Below, piece after piece: positions 40,541 to 54,810 of a stretch of DNA of 64,000 bases. This stretch comes from Octopus sinensis (taxonomy: Eukaryota). The notes under the pieces were generated by a model that worked only from the letters and a program-made list of their open reading frames with translations, made no database searches and was not told where the DNA came from. The stretch's first letter is position 1. Each line of letters opens with the position of its first letter. A program made the position numbers and the translations under genes. The stretch lies in assembly GCF_006345805.1 (NCBI RefSeq), contig NC_042999.1, forward strand, positions 32,674,001-32,738,000, given 5' to 3'.

Positions 40541-42873
40541 GCACATATGCATGATAATGTGAATGAGTGCAAGCTTTTGTTTCTAGATTTGTATGCATTT
40601 AAAGTTACCGATGCAAAACCGAAGTCATGTTTAAGACGCTGTTAAACCCATTCGATAAATAAGAAATGTGGTTGATGTTATGTACTTCAATCTCTAAAAA
40701 CACTGTCTAATTGTAACCTCACTGAAAGCCTGGAAGTAGAAAAAAAAAAAAGATAATATATGTATTGGCCCAAATGAATGTACTCGTAACAGAAATCTTT
40801 GCTATGTTGTCTGATTCAGTGCATAAATAAAGAGAAATGTCTACAGTTCAGCTAAATTTATCGCTAGATGCTGCTATGTAAATTATAGGTTATAGAACCA
40901 ATATCACGTGCTATTTTGTTAAAAGACAGTTCTCAAGCACTTGATAAATTAATGTTACTTCAGCAAAATAATAAAAGGAATTTCAATACTAGGGAAAAAA
41001 ACCAAATAAGTAAAAAATAGTTACGGTGCTTTTGTTGCGAATTCTATAACATGATGCATAATGAGAACTTGAGGAATGTGTTATTTTAGTGTGAATTTCA
41101 AAAGTCCAGTGGTGTCGAAAGTACTTGCTGTGGTAATATTCTAGCATTAGAATCCAAGTTATTAATTCATCCTTTATGTTACGTTATAATTATATTGCTG
41201 TACTTTCTACAGCTCTTGGAAATCTGTTATTCAAATAGTAATAGCTAACATTGATGTAAATTTAATGTGTCATGTGTATCATGTCACCCATTTCCAATAT
41301 TTCTACATAGATTCATTTCCACTATTGCTCTTTATCAGATTCACTTATCTGAGTAATATTTCTTCTTTAACAATCTCCGAAGCTTTTCAACATACCAAGC
41401 CATTAATCACACCAATCTGTATGTTAGCATACTAAAGATGGAATCTGTTTCGAACATATTCCCTATTTCATACCTTCTTTTCGTCCCAAACGTTTTATAT
41501 TGTTTCGTATTAATGTTTTCTGCTCTGTCAATGCATTGATTTCATTGCTAGCCCATACTGTATATATTTTATATTCTTCACCACATTTTATATTCAATCA
41601 TATTCATCTTTCATATTCCAGTCCCGTTGCCTCCTCTCTCACAACTGACCCCAGTTTTTACTTCATTCTTTCTCTGGCTACCGAGCCTTCAACGACTCAT
41701 TATCATGGAACCATAGTATGGAGATAAATTCTGAAGTCAGGTTAATGCAACCTGGCTTAGGAACAGTCAACGACTACGAACGAGCAGAAATATCTTCCAC
41801 TTATGCTGGCCCATAATGAAATACGATTATAAATATTTTGAAGTCAAATAGGTATTTGATTACTTTAGTTGTGGCTAACTTACTTCAAACATTCAGATGA
41901 GATGTTTCTCCGGTGGATAGAACTAATACTATGTTGTGAAAAGAGGTTTCCTGGTGCATCTGCTGTTGTTATGGCTTATTCTCTCTCACATGTGCACTGG
42001 GACATCGATAAATTCATCGTTGTTTTTCAAGTTAATTCTCTATATTTCAGGCAAAACAGAGCAATTCCGAATATGAAGAGAATGATTTGATACCCCTTTC
42101 CAATTATTAACGACACACAACTAAATGTTCTTATGGAAACCAGAGCTCACAACTGCCCGTCCTAATTTGTGTTGTTCTCTCTTACATAATCTAACAAATC
42201 ATCAGTCCTAGAATCTATCTTGCCTCATCATAACCCCCCCCCCCCACCAAAAAAATGCCGAAAATTACAGATCTCCGAAGCTAGAAAATTACTCACAAAG
42301 TAATTCTACAGTCCAACATCATAGTCCCACACTCAAGAAGTATTAATGTCCCACGATACTACTACTACTAATTAAATAGTCATGATGTAGTAGCTGCCTG
42401 TATAGACATGCTGCCTGCTCCCTCACTACAATATTCTTCAAAACTTGTTTCCTTACTTAACATCTATTTAGAATTAATGAATCTCAACATCGACGATACC
42501 AATTTTGGTGGTGGCGGTGGTAGCAGTGGTGGTGTTGGTGGTGGAGGCGGCGGCGGCAGTGTTGGTGGTGGTGTATTGATATTGGAAAGTGTTTTGTTTT
42601 ATTGACCATCGCATACGCATAAGTGCAATTATGGCTCGTCTGCACGCTTAAAAGTTGATATATGTTAATAAGTGTTATTATAGCCTAAGCTATGGATTCA
42701 CACGGAACACGGCTGGAAGCTGCCCGAGAAAAGATACGCAGATATAGAGCACGGATCAGAAAAGAAGAGTGAGAAAATATGATAAAACGAGGACAAAGAA
42801 AACACCGACGGGGTCGTGAGGAAATGAAGGTAAACGAACGTCAAGAATATTTAAAGAAAGCTAAACTACGAAA

Positions 42874-43018
42874 TTCTGTTGTGTCTGGGAAGTGTCATTT
42901 TCTTTTTGTGCCTTATAATGTAACACACTCACGGGTAAAATTTCAACTTATTTAAATTTTTATTTTGTGTTACATTATGAGGCACAAAAAGAAAATTACT
43001 CTCCCAGACGCAACAGAA
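42874..43018. repeat. Imperfect inverted repeat, ~52-bp arms, 40-nt spacer
   Basis: TTCTGTTGTGTCTGGGA..GTGCCTTATAATGTAACAC and GTGTTACATTATGAGGCAC..TCCCAGACGCAACAGAA. Confidence 0.85.
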
Positions 43019-46000
43019 TGTGCTTCAACACATGAACTCATATAAAGAATCTTGCAAACCAAATCCAAAAACGAAATATAAACTATGAATGATATGAAAA
43101 TGCAAATTATCTTTTCTGTCTTAAAGAGATCCTCCAACATTTTTTCCATTCTGTAGAATTTACACAGGCCTTACAAGTATGAATAAATAGAATATTGTAA
43201 AATAATTTCACACGTTAGCAGTTTTATGGAGGAGATAGAAAAAAAATGATTTGCTGCACATTAACAATATTATTTTTCATCGAAAACAGGATTTGCCTAT
43301 CACAGAAATATATTGAAATTAGATGTAAGAGAAATCGCGTTGTTTCATTTTTGTTATGTTCATAATATCGGATTACGATATACGACACAAACGAGTATAA
43401 AAATTGTACTTAGCTCACTTTTGAGCATACTTATACCTATGTAAGAGCAAAATCCCATTACTCTATAGTAAACTATTACAACGGTTGCTACCAGTGTAAA
43501 TAGGATTATGTGTGTTGTTTTATAATTTTTATTTCTTCTTATTTCTGCCTATTTTATTCCATTTCATATGGAAACAATTATAACGGACAGCTTTAATAAC
43601 GTCTTTCTTTTATCAAAATGTTGAAATGTAATGCGATTAATTCTCGTAATCCTTTCATACACTATACCAATGAACCACGAACATAGTCCCAAAATGCATT
43701 TTCACAAATACACAAAGCTATTGTTCTATATTCTACCCTATTAACTTCAATTTCAATTTTACTTCACTAAATGAAATTTTTTAACACAGTAATACCTCAT
43801 GAAAATAATATTCTCTCCTTTGCATTCGAACGACCAGTGAATCATATTCAACACGATACAATATTTCTAATGGAAAATTCGTGATCTTCTATAAAATTAA
43901 GTTTCACAATGGACTTGAATGAATACGAATCTGAGAAAACTGATATTCAACCCTCAAGAAATAGCACATGCACAACTCACATAATTTAAAATGACTAGAA
44001 TTGACCGTTTCCTTATGAACAGCGCAACTGGATTACTACTCATGAACATCTCCGATTATATATTCATTCTAGGTCCGATGGATATTTTCATAAGAACGAG
44101 GAAATAATTGAGATCGTTCTTCTTAGAATTTATATAATCTTCCTTTCCGATCTCTCTAGCTCTCCTTTTATACAACTAACGAAATATGTCAAAAAGCACA
44201 TAATGATATGCTTTTATGATTCTTCCCGACAATTCTCTTAGCTAATCGGTTTAGACGTTTCAAAGAATGTGACACCAAACTCGATGAAAATCAAGGTCAG
44301 GAAGACCTTCTGTTGTGGAAGATGAAGTCTTGATTGAAATATTTCAATAGCTGCCAAGCACAAGTACATATATATTGTCGTCAAAACTTGGCTTTTCACA
44401 CAGCATCATCAATTGGTTATTTGAACAGGCGATGACGGCAAACTCCCCATGAAAAGACCAATTTCTAGGCTCAGCGACATGTGAATATTTACAAACAATT
44501 GCTGGCACAACATTGACATGAGCGTTTTGGCCACAAATTGTAACAGTTTCGTAATCCTAGTAAGGGAAATTAGTAGATTCATTCCTGTCAGGCTTCAAAA
44601 CATCTCAAATAATTGTGGTTCGAAAAAATGGTTATGACTTCAGTGGAATTTCAAAGGGGCGTTGCACTTTGAAGATATATTCCAAATGTGGTACTGTGAA
44701 CGGTAACTTTTAAGGTCAACAACTACAGTGAGTTTCTAATGCTTTGAAGCCCCCGTACCCGGTATTGGTCACTCGAAAACGTGACCAATACATCATACTT
44801 TCAAGGTGACCATGCGCAAAACAGGTACTTGAGTGATCAGAATAGCTATAACACGTGTGTGTGTGTTTGTGTGTCTGTGTGTCCGTATATCTCTGCGTTT
44901 GTGTGTGTCTATTATATCCATGATACACATGAAACTGATACTATAGCCTTACACTAAAATAGTTCTAAAGAATTTAGCTGATTTTCCTCATTTTTCAGCA
45001 AAACGTCCCAAAAGACGTTTTAAAATAAGTGCATGCAAGGTGGAAAGATGAATAACATAACTTAGAATTTTTGCATCTCTTCTATAATAGCCCTTTTTGC
45101 ACATTTTAGAAAGCCTAAATAATTTATTATAAATTGTCAATGCTTAAAACCGGATGCAAGAAATATTTGTGTAAATATACTAAAATCGTCACTTCCTAAG
45201 CATAATGTTTCTAAATAGTAACGAAATAATTTCCAGGACGATGATTCTCGAGTGTCAAATATGCTGATCAGCAGTAGTTGCGCTTAGCTACATCCTTTTG
45301 TGAATATTAGCACATCAAATTAACACATTTTGCGTACTAATACATCTTTGACATGCTCCAATGATAATCTACATCCTCCAATTAGAAACAAGTGAAAATC
45401 CATCAATAATACCAGCCTACCTCAAGCTAGAACTTATCACTTATGATCATTTGTGAACCCAAGAATACCCCATTTCCTAAAAGGTGACAAGCCTAATAAA
45501 CATACTTAACTACAATGTTTTAAATACGGAAGTGAACAGACATACAGCCTTCACATTCCCAAACGGGAAGGTTAAATATCCCATCGGTATCCAAAGAAAA
45601 TCAACAACAATTAGACAGAATGATACATTTACTGACCAAAGAATACTTTCAAGGCAACTATTTGATTTTGTGAATGTCTAGGCCTAAATATAGACAACTG
45701 ATATCAGAGATATATATCTAATACCATAACCCCATTGTTAACAACAGACATATGCCTATAACATTTTACCACAACATCCTATCATACGCCATAATTATCA
45801 TTCAACGAAACACACCTTACCCTATCAATCAAAAACATAAGACAGATTACGTACAGTCAAGATGAACTCAATTGTACCACAATATGATGATGGCTTAGCT
45901 GGCCGACATTTTATTGTATTATATTATATTATATAGGCAATTATGTTGATTAACCAAATAGGTACATTAAAATAATATTAACCATATAAAATATAATAGT

Positions 46001-46089
46001 TTGGGTGGGAAATACAAAATATGGGTATATGTATTCACGCAAAACGAGAGAATAGTCTTTTGCTCATATAGGTCCATCCTTTCATCTGA

Positions 46090-46600
46090 TGATATGTTGT
46101 AGAGTCGTGAGACTTCTTTGGGCATGTATTCTAGGTTATCAGACAAGTCTTATGTTATCAGTTTCATGTATGCAAACTTGGTCAAGGGATGCATTTCTAT
46201 GCTTGGTATTTAAAAGATGTTGCCGAAAAGATATGATGTGACATTCAAAGACATTTTGGATCGAAGTTAAGCCTCTGCCGCCTTGTTTACGTCTTAGGCA
46301 CAGGCGGCCTACGTCACTATTTATGTGGAAAATATCTGTGCTGGTTAGTATTTTTCGGGTTTTTACATCAATGGCTCGGATCTCATCAAGCGTCCAATCA
46401 GTCAGCCCAAATGCTAGTATGAAAACTGGCACTGCAAACACATTGTGGGCCACTATTTTATTGAATGCAGAGTTTTGAGGTCCAAATTTTCTTTATTCGG
46501 CTGTAATATTCTTTAATGACACGTGTTTTGTTACAGATTCCAATGTAAGATATATTTTCATCCACCCCTAGATACCGATAACATTGTATGTATGTATGTA
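46090..46600 (-). mobile_element. Degraded Dong-type LINE post-RT fragment
   Basis: FAVPVFILAFGLTDWTLDEIRAIDVKTRKILT..HINSDVGRLCLRRKQGGRGLTSI. Confidence 0.75.
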
Positions 46601-49600
46601 TGCATGTATAATGTATTTTATTTATTCGTTTTGGGTTCAGCAAGAATTTAATCATTTCGAACATTAATCAATTTATTAAAAATCTTGTTTAAATTTAAAA
46701 TGAAGAAAATGAAAATTTATATTTATATATTTCGATGTAACTGACTTGTTTTCTAACATTCTGTACTGTTGTATTTTTTATAATTCACTTGCTTTCCTAA
46801 CATTCTGCGCTGCTTTATTTTTTGTTTTTGTTTTTTTGTTATATATAATTGACTTGCTTTTCTGTGTTGCTTACTCTCCACCCCACTTTTTATTTTGCAA
46901 CTTTACATTCCTTTTGCACACCCTATTCCTTAATGTCGAAAGAGATTTAACATTTAACTAAAAATCCTTAATGTTTCATATGTTACTACATTAATTCTTT
47001 TTCCTTTACTGTTCAACCGAACGTTATTTTTGTTCCCATCTTTAATCCTCAGCCAAAATATCTTCTTTATAACAAAATGTGTTTAGTTGTCAAGTTGTCA
47101 GTTTCACCTATAGTATACGGCCTTGATTTCTGACAGCACGAAAAAGGAAAATATCTATAAGAAACTGAGCTAACATCAACTGACAAAGCTAAAATATACT
47201 AGAGTAAATTCTCAACTACTTTTTCATATGTTCTAATACTAAATAATATATTCCTTTTTTACAAGCGAATATGCTAAGCTGAAAAGATGCGACCTGCCTT
47301 TTTTTAATAACTTTATTAACTTAGCATTTACAGATATATGCTCTCAGGGGATTCTTATTCCAAATAGCATGCCTTCAGTGTATATTTATATGAATTTATA
47401 TTTGTATAATGATTTCGAATGGAAGTCAATGATAAAATAGAATAAGAAAAAAATAATTCAAGGATGCAGAAAACAAAATATACCTAAGTTCTACAATATT
47501 TAGATATTTGTAATTGATGCCTCTGCTGAAAATATTGTCAAAGAAATGAATGATATTTCCAGCGAACTTTTAGTATGTTGGGGATTCTTTCCAGTCAATA
47601 GGCCTCATGTTTTCAGAATTCTTTTGGCTATCTTTACGTTAGTAATGATTAGATAATATTTTTATTTTCATCGACGGAAATAACTCTTCTTTTGAAAGAT
47701 GAAGGATCTGTATCAACGTTTGGTCATCTAAATGTAGCAGCCGCATCTCTCTCAGCTCCCACAATAGAAGAAACAAATATACAGATCGCTTTACACGATG
47801 TATGGTTGGAGCGAGAACGATCTTTACTGGAATACCTTTGGTCATACTTCAGCCAATTTCACATGAGTTTGCAGCTAACAAGATCGAAAACAACAACGAC
47901 GAGGACGACGACGATGGCAACAACAACAACAACAACAACAACAACAGCAACAACAACAGCTCTTCCAATAGAAAATAAGTTTCACCCAATCACCCACAAT
48001 ATTGATTAATTACTATTCTAATCCAAAACACATTTTTGATATTGATTAAACTATAATTGTTTTAAGCAAACAAATCGTAGGCTGCGCTCTAAAATCTATC
48101 CAAATGAAATTTGAACCGTGCACCTAGCCTAATCATATATTGATTACTCTATTTCTCACATTCTATGGTGACGTTTACATCGTTCGCTGAGCTGGTTAGA
48201 AACCTATTCGATGTACAATGTTTTCATTTTCCTGATATTTATATACTGTCGGTTCGCTCATAAGAGTGTGCACTAAAACACTTCAGAAATTGTGGAGATA
48301 ACATTTATTGCATTTATTCATCAACCATAAAAATGTGTGATTAACCTCAGCGCATTATACATAGCAACATCACGATTAGAAGAGTCAGCGATGGCTGTGG
48401 GTTTGCACGTCAATCTTAAGAAGTTCAGATAAAGTGAAATAAATCTCCCAAAATATTAAACCGATTGTTTAAGTCACGTTTCGTTCTTTGAGGCAAAAAT
48501 GCTGACAAACTGGATAAAGAATTTCTTTACAGTTTTAGACCTAATTTCTTCTAAGTCATGTACCCATTCTATATAAATCTATGGCTATTGCCATTGTGAG
48601 AAATTAAGAGTACTTATGTCCTTACCTATTGATTTGTACTAATGGACAGTTATAATGACACATCAAGATGTATAATGCAGGATAATAAGGAGATTAAATT
48701 GGGTATAAATCTAAACCGACTGCTTACGTAGATTAAAGAAGTATTCTCTGAAATATTTAAGCAATAGCTATCATAATATAGCATTGGAGGAAATGGTTGA
48801 ATAATTATCTTATTTTCAAAACGGCACAATTTTATTTGTCATATGGATGAATTCCTCGCTCTGAGATTTTGTAACTATATATCATTAAGCTCAGTTTGAG
48901 TGTGCAGAATTAGACGGACCAAAGATATGTCAACAAACTTTGCGGGAAACCTTTTGTAAAGAGCATCCTGTTACTCGGCGGATATACACAGCTCTTCACC
49001 TGGTCTAACGCCAGCAGGAGTTTTTAGGTGGCTTTATTTTTGTTAGTCTGTTACAAGCACCAGGGACAAATCGTTAGTAGCAAATTCACCCATCCCTTCA
49101 GTTGGTTCAATCTGATTTTCTCTTTTATGCCTGAAAATATAGAAGAAGTGTCTAAAGGTTTTTGTTTGAATAAGCAGCAATCGAAAGAGAAATGTTCTAG
49201 TCACTACAAATATTATAATACTAAACACAATAAAATCATGGCCCGTATTCTACGTTTGCCTTACTTTCACAACTATTTATGTATACGCGCTGGTGGGTCT
49301 CATTTCTTTTATTTACATTAACAAATTCACACAAGTGTAACTGTGCATCTATCAAGAAAACATATATTTTACGTATGTCATCATTTGCAACCAATAATAC
49401 TCAAAGCTAAATTTCGGATAAATGAACGACAGAAGTTGGTATAATTGGGCGATAAGTCTACAAAGATAATTACTTCAGTGATGATTCCCATACTAGAGCG
49501 AAGTTTAACAACAGTATTACAAGAGTGTAAAGCACATTTCATATTTCCAATGTTGCTACCTCTTACTATAATACGTAACGTCTGCAACTATATTCAGCCT

Positions 49601-50324
49601 AATAGACTTAGCCTTTTTAGAAATATATCATTTGACCAGGTGCATGAGACAATAATCATGGGTGGGTATGAAAACCTTGACTTTATCTAATATGGATTAC
49701 CATCTTTCTCTAAAGAGTAACAAACCAACCATCGAATTCGAAACACAGATCTCTTGTCCATTCGGGAAAGTACATACGAGTGAGATTTAGCAGAAACATT
49801 AGGAAGTAGCAATATGCTGCATGCGCCTACATTTTGTGAAAAGTAGCTTGTATTTACTCCTAAAGATTTACTCATATAGTTTTACTTTTCATTCCCAAAT
49901 AAAAATAGAGATTTCAATTTGAATGATTTCTCCTAATTGTATATTTATAGAACTAAAACATCTCCATGTATTCTCAACAGTTTTTAAGTAGAACACTAAA
50001 ATAATAATGAATTATAGTTTAGTTTATATTTTCCACAAAGTTATTGCGTAATTGCATGAAAAATATCATTGTTCTCAGGATTTATTCATATACAATGGTT
50101 CAATCAGCAATTTACTGCAGAATTTGCATCATTCTGATATAGCTTATGGAACCTGGAAAGTTAATTGCTAATATAGTAAACATATTCCTTCGTCAAAATT
50201 ATGTTAACAATAACTAATTGTCATGTATTTATCTCCTTATTCGCAATTTTTCCACTCATACGTTTAAAATGAACTTTTAAATCATTCCATTATTTTCGCA
50301 TCCCCGCAACGAATATATTAGTGC

Positions 50325-50328
50325 ATCA

Positions 50329-50363
<35 letters not shown>

Positions 50364-50381
50364 CATCTATCTATCTATCTA

Positions 50382-50454
<73 letters not shown>

Positions 50455-50480
50455 AATCTATCTATCTATCTATCTATCTA

Positions 50481-50574
<94 letters not shown>

Positions 50575-50590
50575 ATCTATCTATCTAGTT
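50325..50590. repeat. (TCTA)n/(TA)n microsatellite
   Basis: Seen directly. Confidence 0.95.
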
Positions 50591-51336
50591 TTTGTCTGTC
50601 TGCCAATAGATCTATCTAACCCTATAACATTTTAAATGCATACACACATACATACACATATATAAACCTGTATAACCACATACCCACACCCACACACAAA
50701 GCTATATATATATATGTGTGTGGGTGAGTACATATATACATACAGTTATAAATCATGTATCTATGTAATATATTGAAATGTAAATAGTGGAGAATAATTC
50801 TTGGAATATAACTATATTTATTTATGCATTCTCCTGTAAAAAAGAAATATGTCTAGAAAATCATACTACATTTTTACAGCTGCAGTTATTCAACGAAAAA
50901 ATGTTAGAAAAAGCCCGTTTATAGAATTGCAGATACATAAATTGCAAATGTTATTGAATAACTTAAATGGATTCTTCTCTGTACGTTCAAACTGATATTT
51001 TTGCAGTAAAATTATTTTACACTGAAAAAGTCTAACAACATCATTTTCATAAAATGTGGATTCCCATTTATATTTCTAAAGAAACCTTTTTGTTATGCGA
51101 AAATTATAATGTAAAAATAAAAAAAAAAACCTGATGCATAATTTACGAAATCAAGTAAAAGAAAGTTATGGTTGGAACAATACTATGAAATTTGTGGTAA
51201 TATTTGTCAATACGAAAAGTAAGATTGTAGTCGCTGAACTGGAAGTCACAGAATCTAACGACGCATAATACGAAAAATTATAACGTTTGATTCGTATACT
51301 GTCTTAGTTATGAACGTGTATATGTATGTGTGTGAC

Positions 51337-51369
<33 letters not shown>

Positions 51370-51399
51370 TCATAGGTGCACTCTCGTTACACTAGAAAA

Positions 51400-54300
51400 C
51401 CCATTGCCAAGAAGTCTTACTGAAACTATTAATTCTTGATGCCATATGATGCCCTTATATGACTTGTAAGCCCAGCCAAATTTGTACACATTTTATTACA
51501 TACTGCACAACTGTACCGGCTAGCAGGCGAAACAGGCACCTCCATATGCACTCTCTTAACATTTCTTTTCAAACCTCCAGCTGCGAGGCACAACCTTCCA
51601 CATTTTAAACATGTTCTGTTGTGAATTTTAATAGCCACGTCACTGTTTATGGGTTGATTCCTCTGAGATTTTTGATGACTCACGAAGCCTGTACGATTCA
51701 ATCACCTCCTCTCACAAACTACACGCAAAAAGCAACTGTCTCACTTTCCACAGGTTCCCCCTTCTAAGCCCCCTCCTTATTCTTTCATACTTCACTCTCT
51801 ACCTCCCAAATCTCGAACAACCACTATACACTATCTTCCTCCATCCATTGCGGTCTTGTGCCTCCTCTCTCAATTGCTAGCTGCATTAGAGCATTTTTAA
51901 AGCAATCCTTAGATTATGCATTAGAGCATTTTCAAAGAATTCCTTAAACCTGAGTTTAGGCTTATTCACTGGTCTCCTGGCATCTTCTAGCTCACGATAC
52001 AATAGCTGCTTGCGCAGTCGCTCATCACTCATCCTTACTAAATATCCACCCCACCTCGAAGAATTTTGCAAAATCATTAGCTCTATACTTCTACTGCATC
52101 TCAAGCATCTCCACATTACTGAAGGCCATTTTCCAATTTATCCCCAAAATGTTTCTCAGACAATATTGATGTTATCATTCCTTTGCATTACATACCTGCG
52201 GTAAATAACCCATGTCTCACTCCCATATAGGAAAGATCGGAGGACGCACGAGTTAACGTTAATTTGTGATGATATCTTATGGTGTTTCCACAGACGCCTA
52301 TCAAGCCTAGCAAAATCACTACTAGCCCTGCTGATTCTGTATGAAATTTCAGCATCAAGACCAGCAGTGTTCATGGTACTTCCTAAATAAATAAATCTAG
52401 GCACAATCTCCAACCTTTGATCATTGACAGTTATAGAGAGATCCACATACATCTTGGAGGGCGTGGGCTGGTACGTTATAGAGTTTTTTTAGATTGATCA
52501 TTAGACACAATACTGCACATGCTGTAGACATCGCATTGAGAATGTGCACGTATCTTTCTGAGAACGTACCAATTGGTTACAATCGTCTACATACAGGAAC
52601 TCAACGAGGTGAGAATGCAGAACGTACGTTTTAGCATAGACTCTTTTGCGATTGAACAGATTTCCCGTTGTCCTATATCATATATAGACCCCTTCGGTGC
52701 AAACTTCAAAAACTATTTGAAAGACTATTACAAAATACATAGCAAACAATGTGTGGAGCAGGTATATCACCTTGTTTTCCACCGTTTTCTACAGAAGTTG
52801 GCTCTGATAAGGTACCTCCAACATTAACTCTCAAGTATTCTCACAAATTGTTCAGTACATCCTAGATTGTTTAGGATCTCCTAAGGCGCAATTCTATTGA
52901 TAGAATCAAACTTCTTGTCAGATGTATGAGAAACCTGGTATAAGTCCATATCCTGTTCACTGCATTTCTCTTGTAACCGTCTAGCTGAAAATACCATATC
53001 CAGAGTATTCCCACTATCCCTAAACCCCCACTGAGATTCTGGTAGAACCTCACCAGCAATGTGCAGAAGTAATCCGTCCAGCATTTCCCTACAAAGGGTC
53101 TTTCCATCAATAGCTAACAGACAAATGCCGCGATAATTATCACAGTCATTCTTTCCACCTTTAGATTTATATAGTATCCTCATAGTTGCATCACACCAAT
53201 CCGCAGGAACCGTTTCACAATACCAAACCCTCTGAATCCAATCCGTCAACATTGTACAGAAACGATCACCACCATATTTATATATCTCTGCATTCCATCT
53301 ATACCAAGGGCCTTTCCATTGTTCAATTTCCTGATTGCTGCTTTTATTTCAGCCAGGTTTTGGACTTCTGCTATAAGATGTTTTATTGGTCTCTCAGATA
53401 TAATATCAAGAAAAGAGAAGTCAACTCATCAAAATGTCCTTTCCATCTCCCCAAAAAATCTTTAGGATTTGTTAATAATTCTGTGCCTGCCATCCTTGCT
53501 CCGAAGAGGCGCAAGCTTTGATGGAACTGGTTCATAAACTTTTTTCAAGAGAAAGTAAAAGTGTTTGGAATTCTTAGCATTTGAATCTTCGCATTTACCA
53601 CTCCACTAATTTTCCTGCATCAACCTCCGCGTCTTCTTTACTGTTGCTTTTACTGCTTTAAAAATATGTAACCACTGTCCTGATCGCTGACATGTCAACA
53701 ATATGCAACATGTTAAATGCCTTTCGCTTTTCTTGTAAGATAAGACTAACTTCTTCATCATTATCGTCAAACCAATTTTTCGTTCTTTTTGAGATCTAAG
53801 CCGAAAATGTTACTACAAACCTCGTATACTGTATATTTGAATGGTTTTCAACTTCCATCACAGGACAAATTACTTATCGCACTCACAAACTCATTGCGTG
53901 CTGACGGAATCTTAAGTATATTGACATCAATCTGTTTAAGTAACTTATCATTATTTGCTCTAACCTTAAGATTGACAACAAAAATCATCTTGCCACACAA
54001 AAGCCTATGATCCGTCCAGCACTTTGCACCACGCATCACTCGTACAATTGTATAGTCCCTAGTATCTCATTTCCTGGTGAGGATGTAATATATAAGATGC
54101 CATTTCTTTGAACAAGGGTCTATGTCATTTTATACTTATTCTTTAGTTGAAACATTGTATTCAACACACATAAATCCATCTCTACGCACATTTGTAAGAG
54201 TAGTGAACCATTACTGTTGGAACTCCCAAACATATGCATTCCTAAGGAACCCCAATCTGCACCAACGCGAGCATTAAAATCATGTAAAATGACAAAGTCG

Positions 54301-54438
54301 TCATCATGGGAGATACTGCGTATAATCTCTGTGATAGATAGAAAGCAATTCATAGTTGGAGCATATGCACTTATCAGTGTCGCATAGCAACCTTTTCTTA
54401 ATGGACGTTTTGAAGAAATCAAACGATCAGAAGTAATG

Positions 54439-54440
<2 letters not shown>
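51400..54440 (-). mobile_element. Degraded RTE/BovB-like LINE (APE endonuclease + RT + C-terminal zinc fingers)
   Basis: TLISAYAPT..DFNARVG..NSNGSLLL; WTDHRLL; DCDNYRGICLL..LPESQWGFR..DMVFSARRLQEKC; FIYLGS..EISYRISRAS; LVRMSDERLRKQLLYRE; C-terminal CxxC..H motifs. Confidence 0.88.
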
Positions 54441-54503
<63 letters not shown>

Positions 54504-54507
<4 letters not shown>

Positions 54508-54810
54508 AATGCAATATGTGACGATTAGTCTGTTGCCATGATAAAACTCCGAATTTCGGATGCCGAGGTGGTAACCCACGCCGCCATCTCTTCAGTTATC
54601 CGAACATTGGAAAAATGCTATGAATAAAGACCGTTATACAAAGGGAAATTACTCTGTGATTGACCGTTATTAAGACAAAAGAACTATTTGAATGAGTTTT
54701 ATCATGGCTACCGAATAATTGTTACATATTACGTTTACAGATAAATTCCTCTATTTGCATAATATCGAGGCCCCTTTCTTTCTTTTGTTGTCTTACCATT
54801 GTTATCAATA
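54504..54810. repeat. Asymmetric diverged fold-back between (TA)n tracts, carrying an HHR-like motif; probable PLE pLTR pair
   Basis: 54504-54549 is an imperfect inverted copy of 54694-54741, with 15 bp perfect (GCCATGATAAAACTC/GAGTTTTATCATGGC). Confidence 0.7.
54540..54600 (-). ncRNA. Type I hammerhead-like motif
   Basis: GATAA-CTGAAGA-GATG[nested hairpin GTGG/CCAC]CATC-C-GAAA-TTCGGAG-TT-TTATC. There is an extra C before GAAA and stem III is weak. Confidence 0.5.

Noticed and set aside
42500-42575. Poly-Gly frame
   Set aside because: (GGT/GGC)n simple repeat without splice or start context.
49090-49130. Minus-strand candidate exon after a strong acceptor CTTCTTCTATATTTTCAG
   Set aside because: Weak donor and no homology evidence available.
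51882-51946. 35-bp tandem duplication inside the RTE
   Set aside because: Ordinary slippage in a dead element; similar small duplications occur at 17440, 24110 and 24560.
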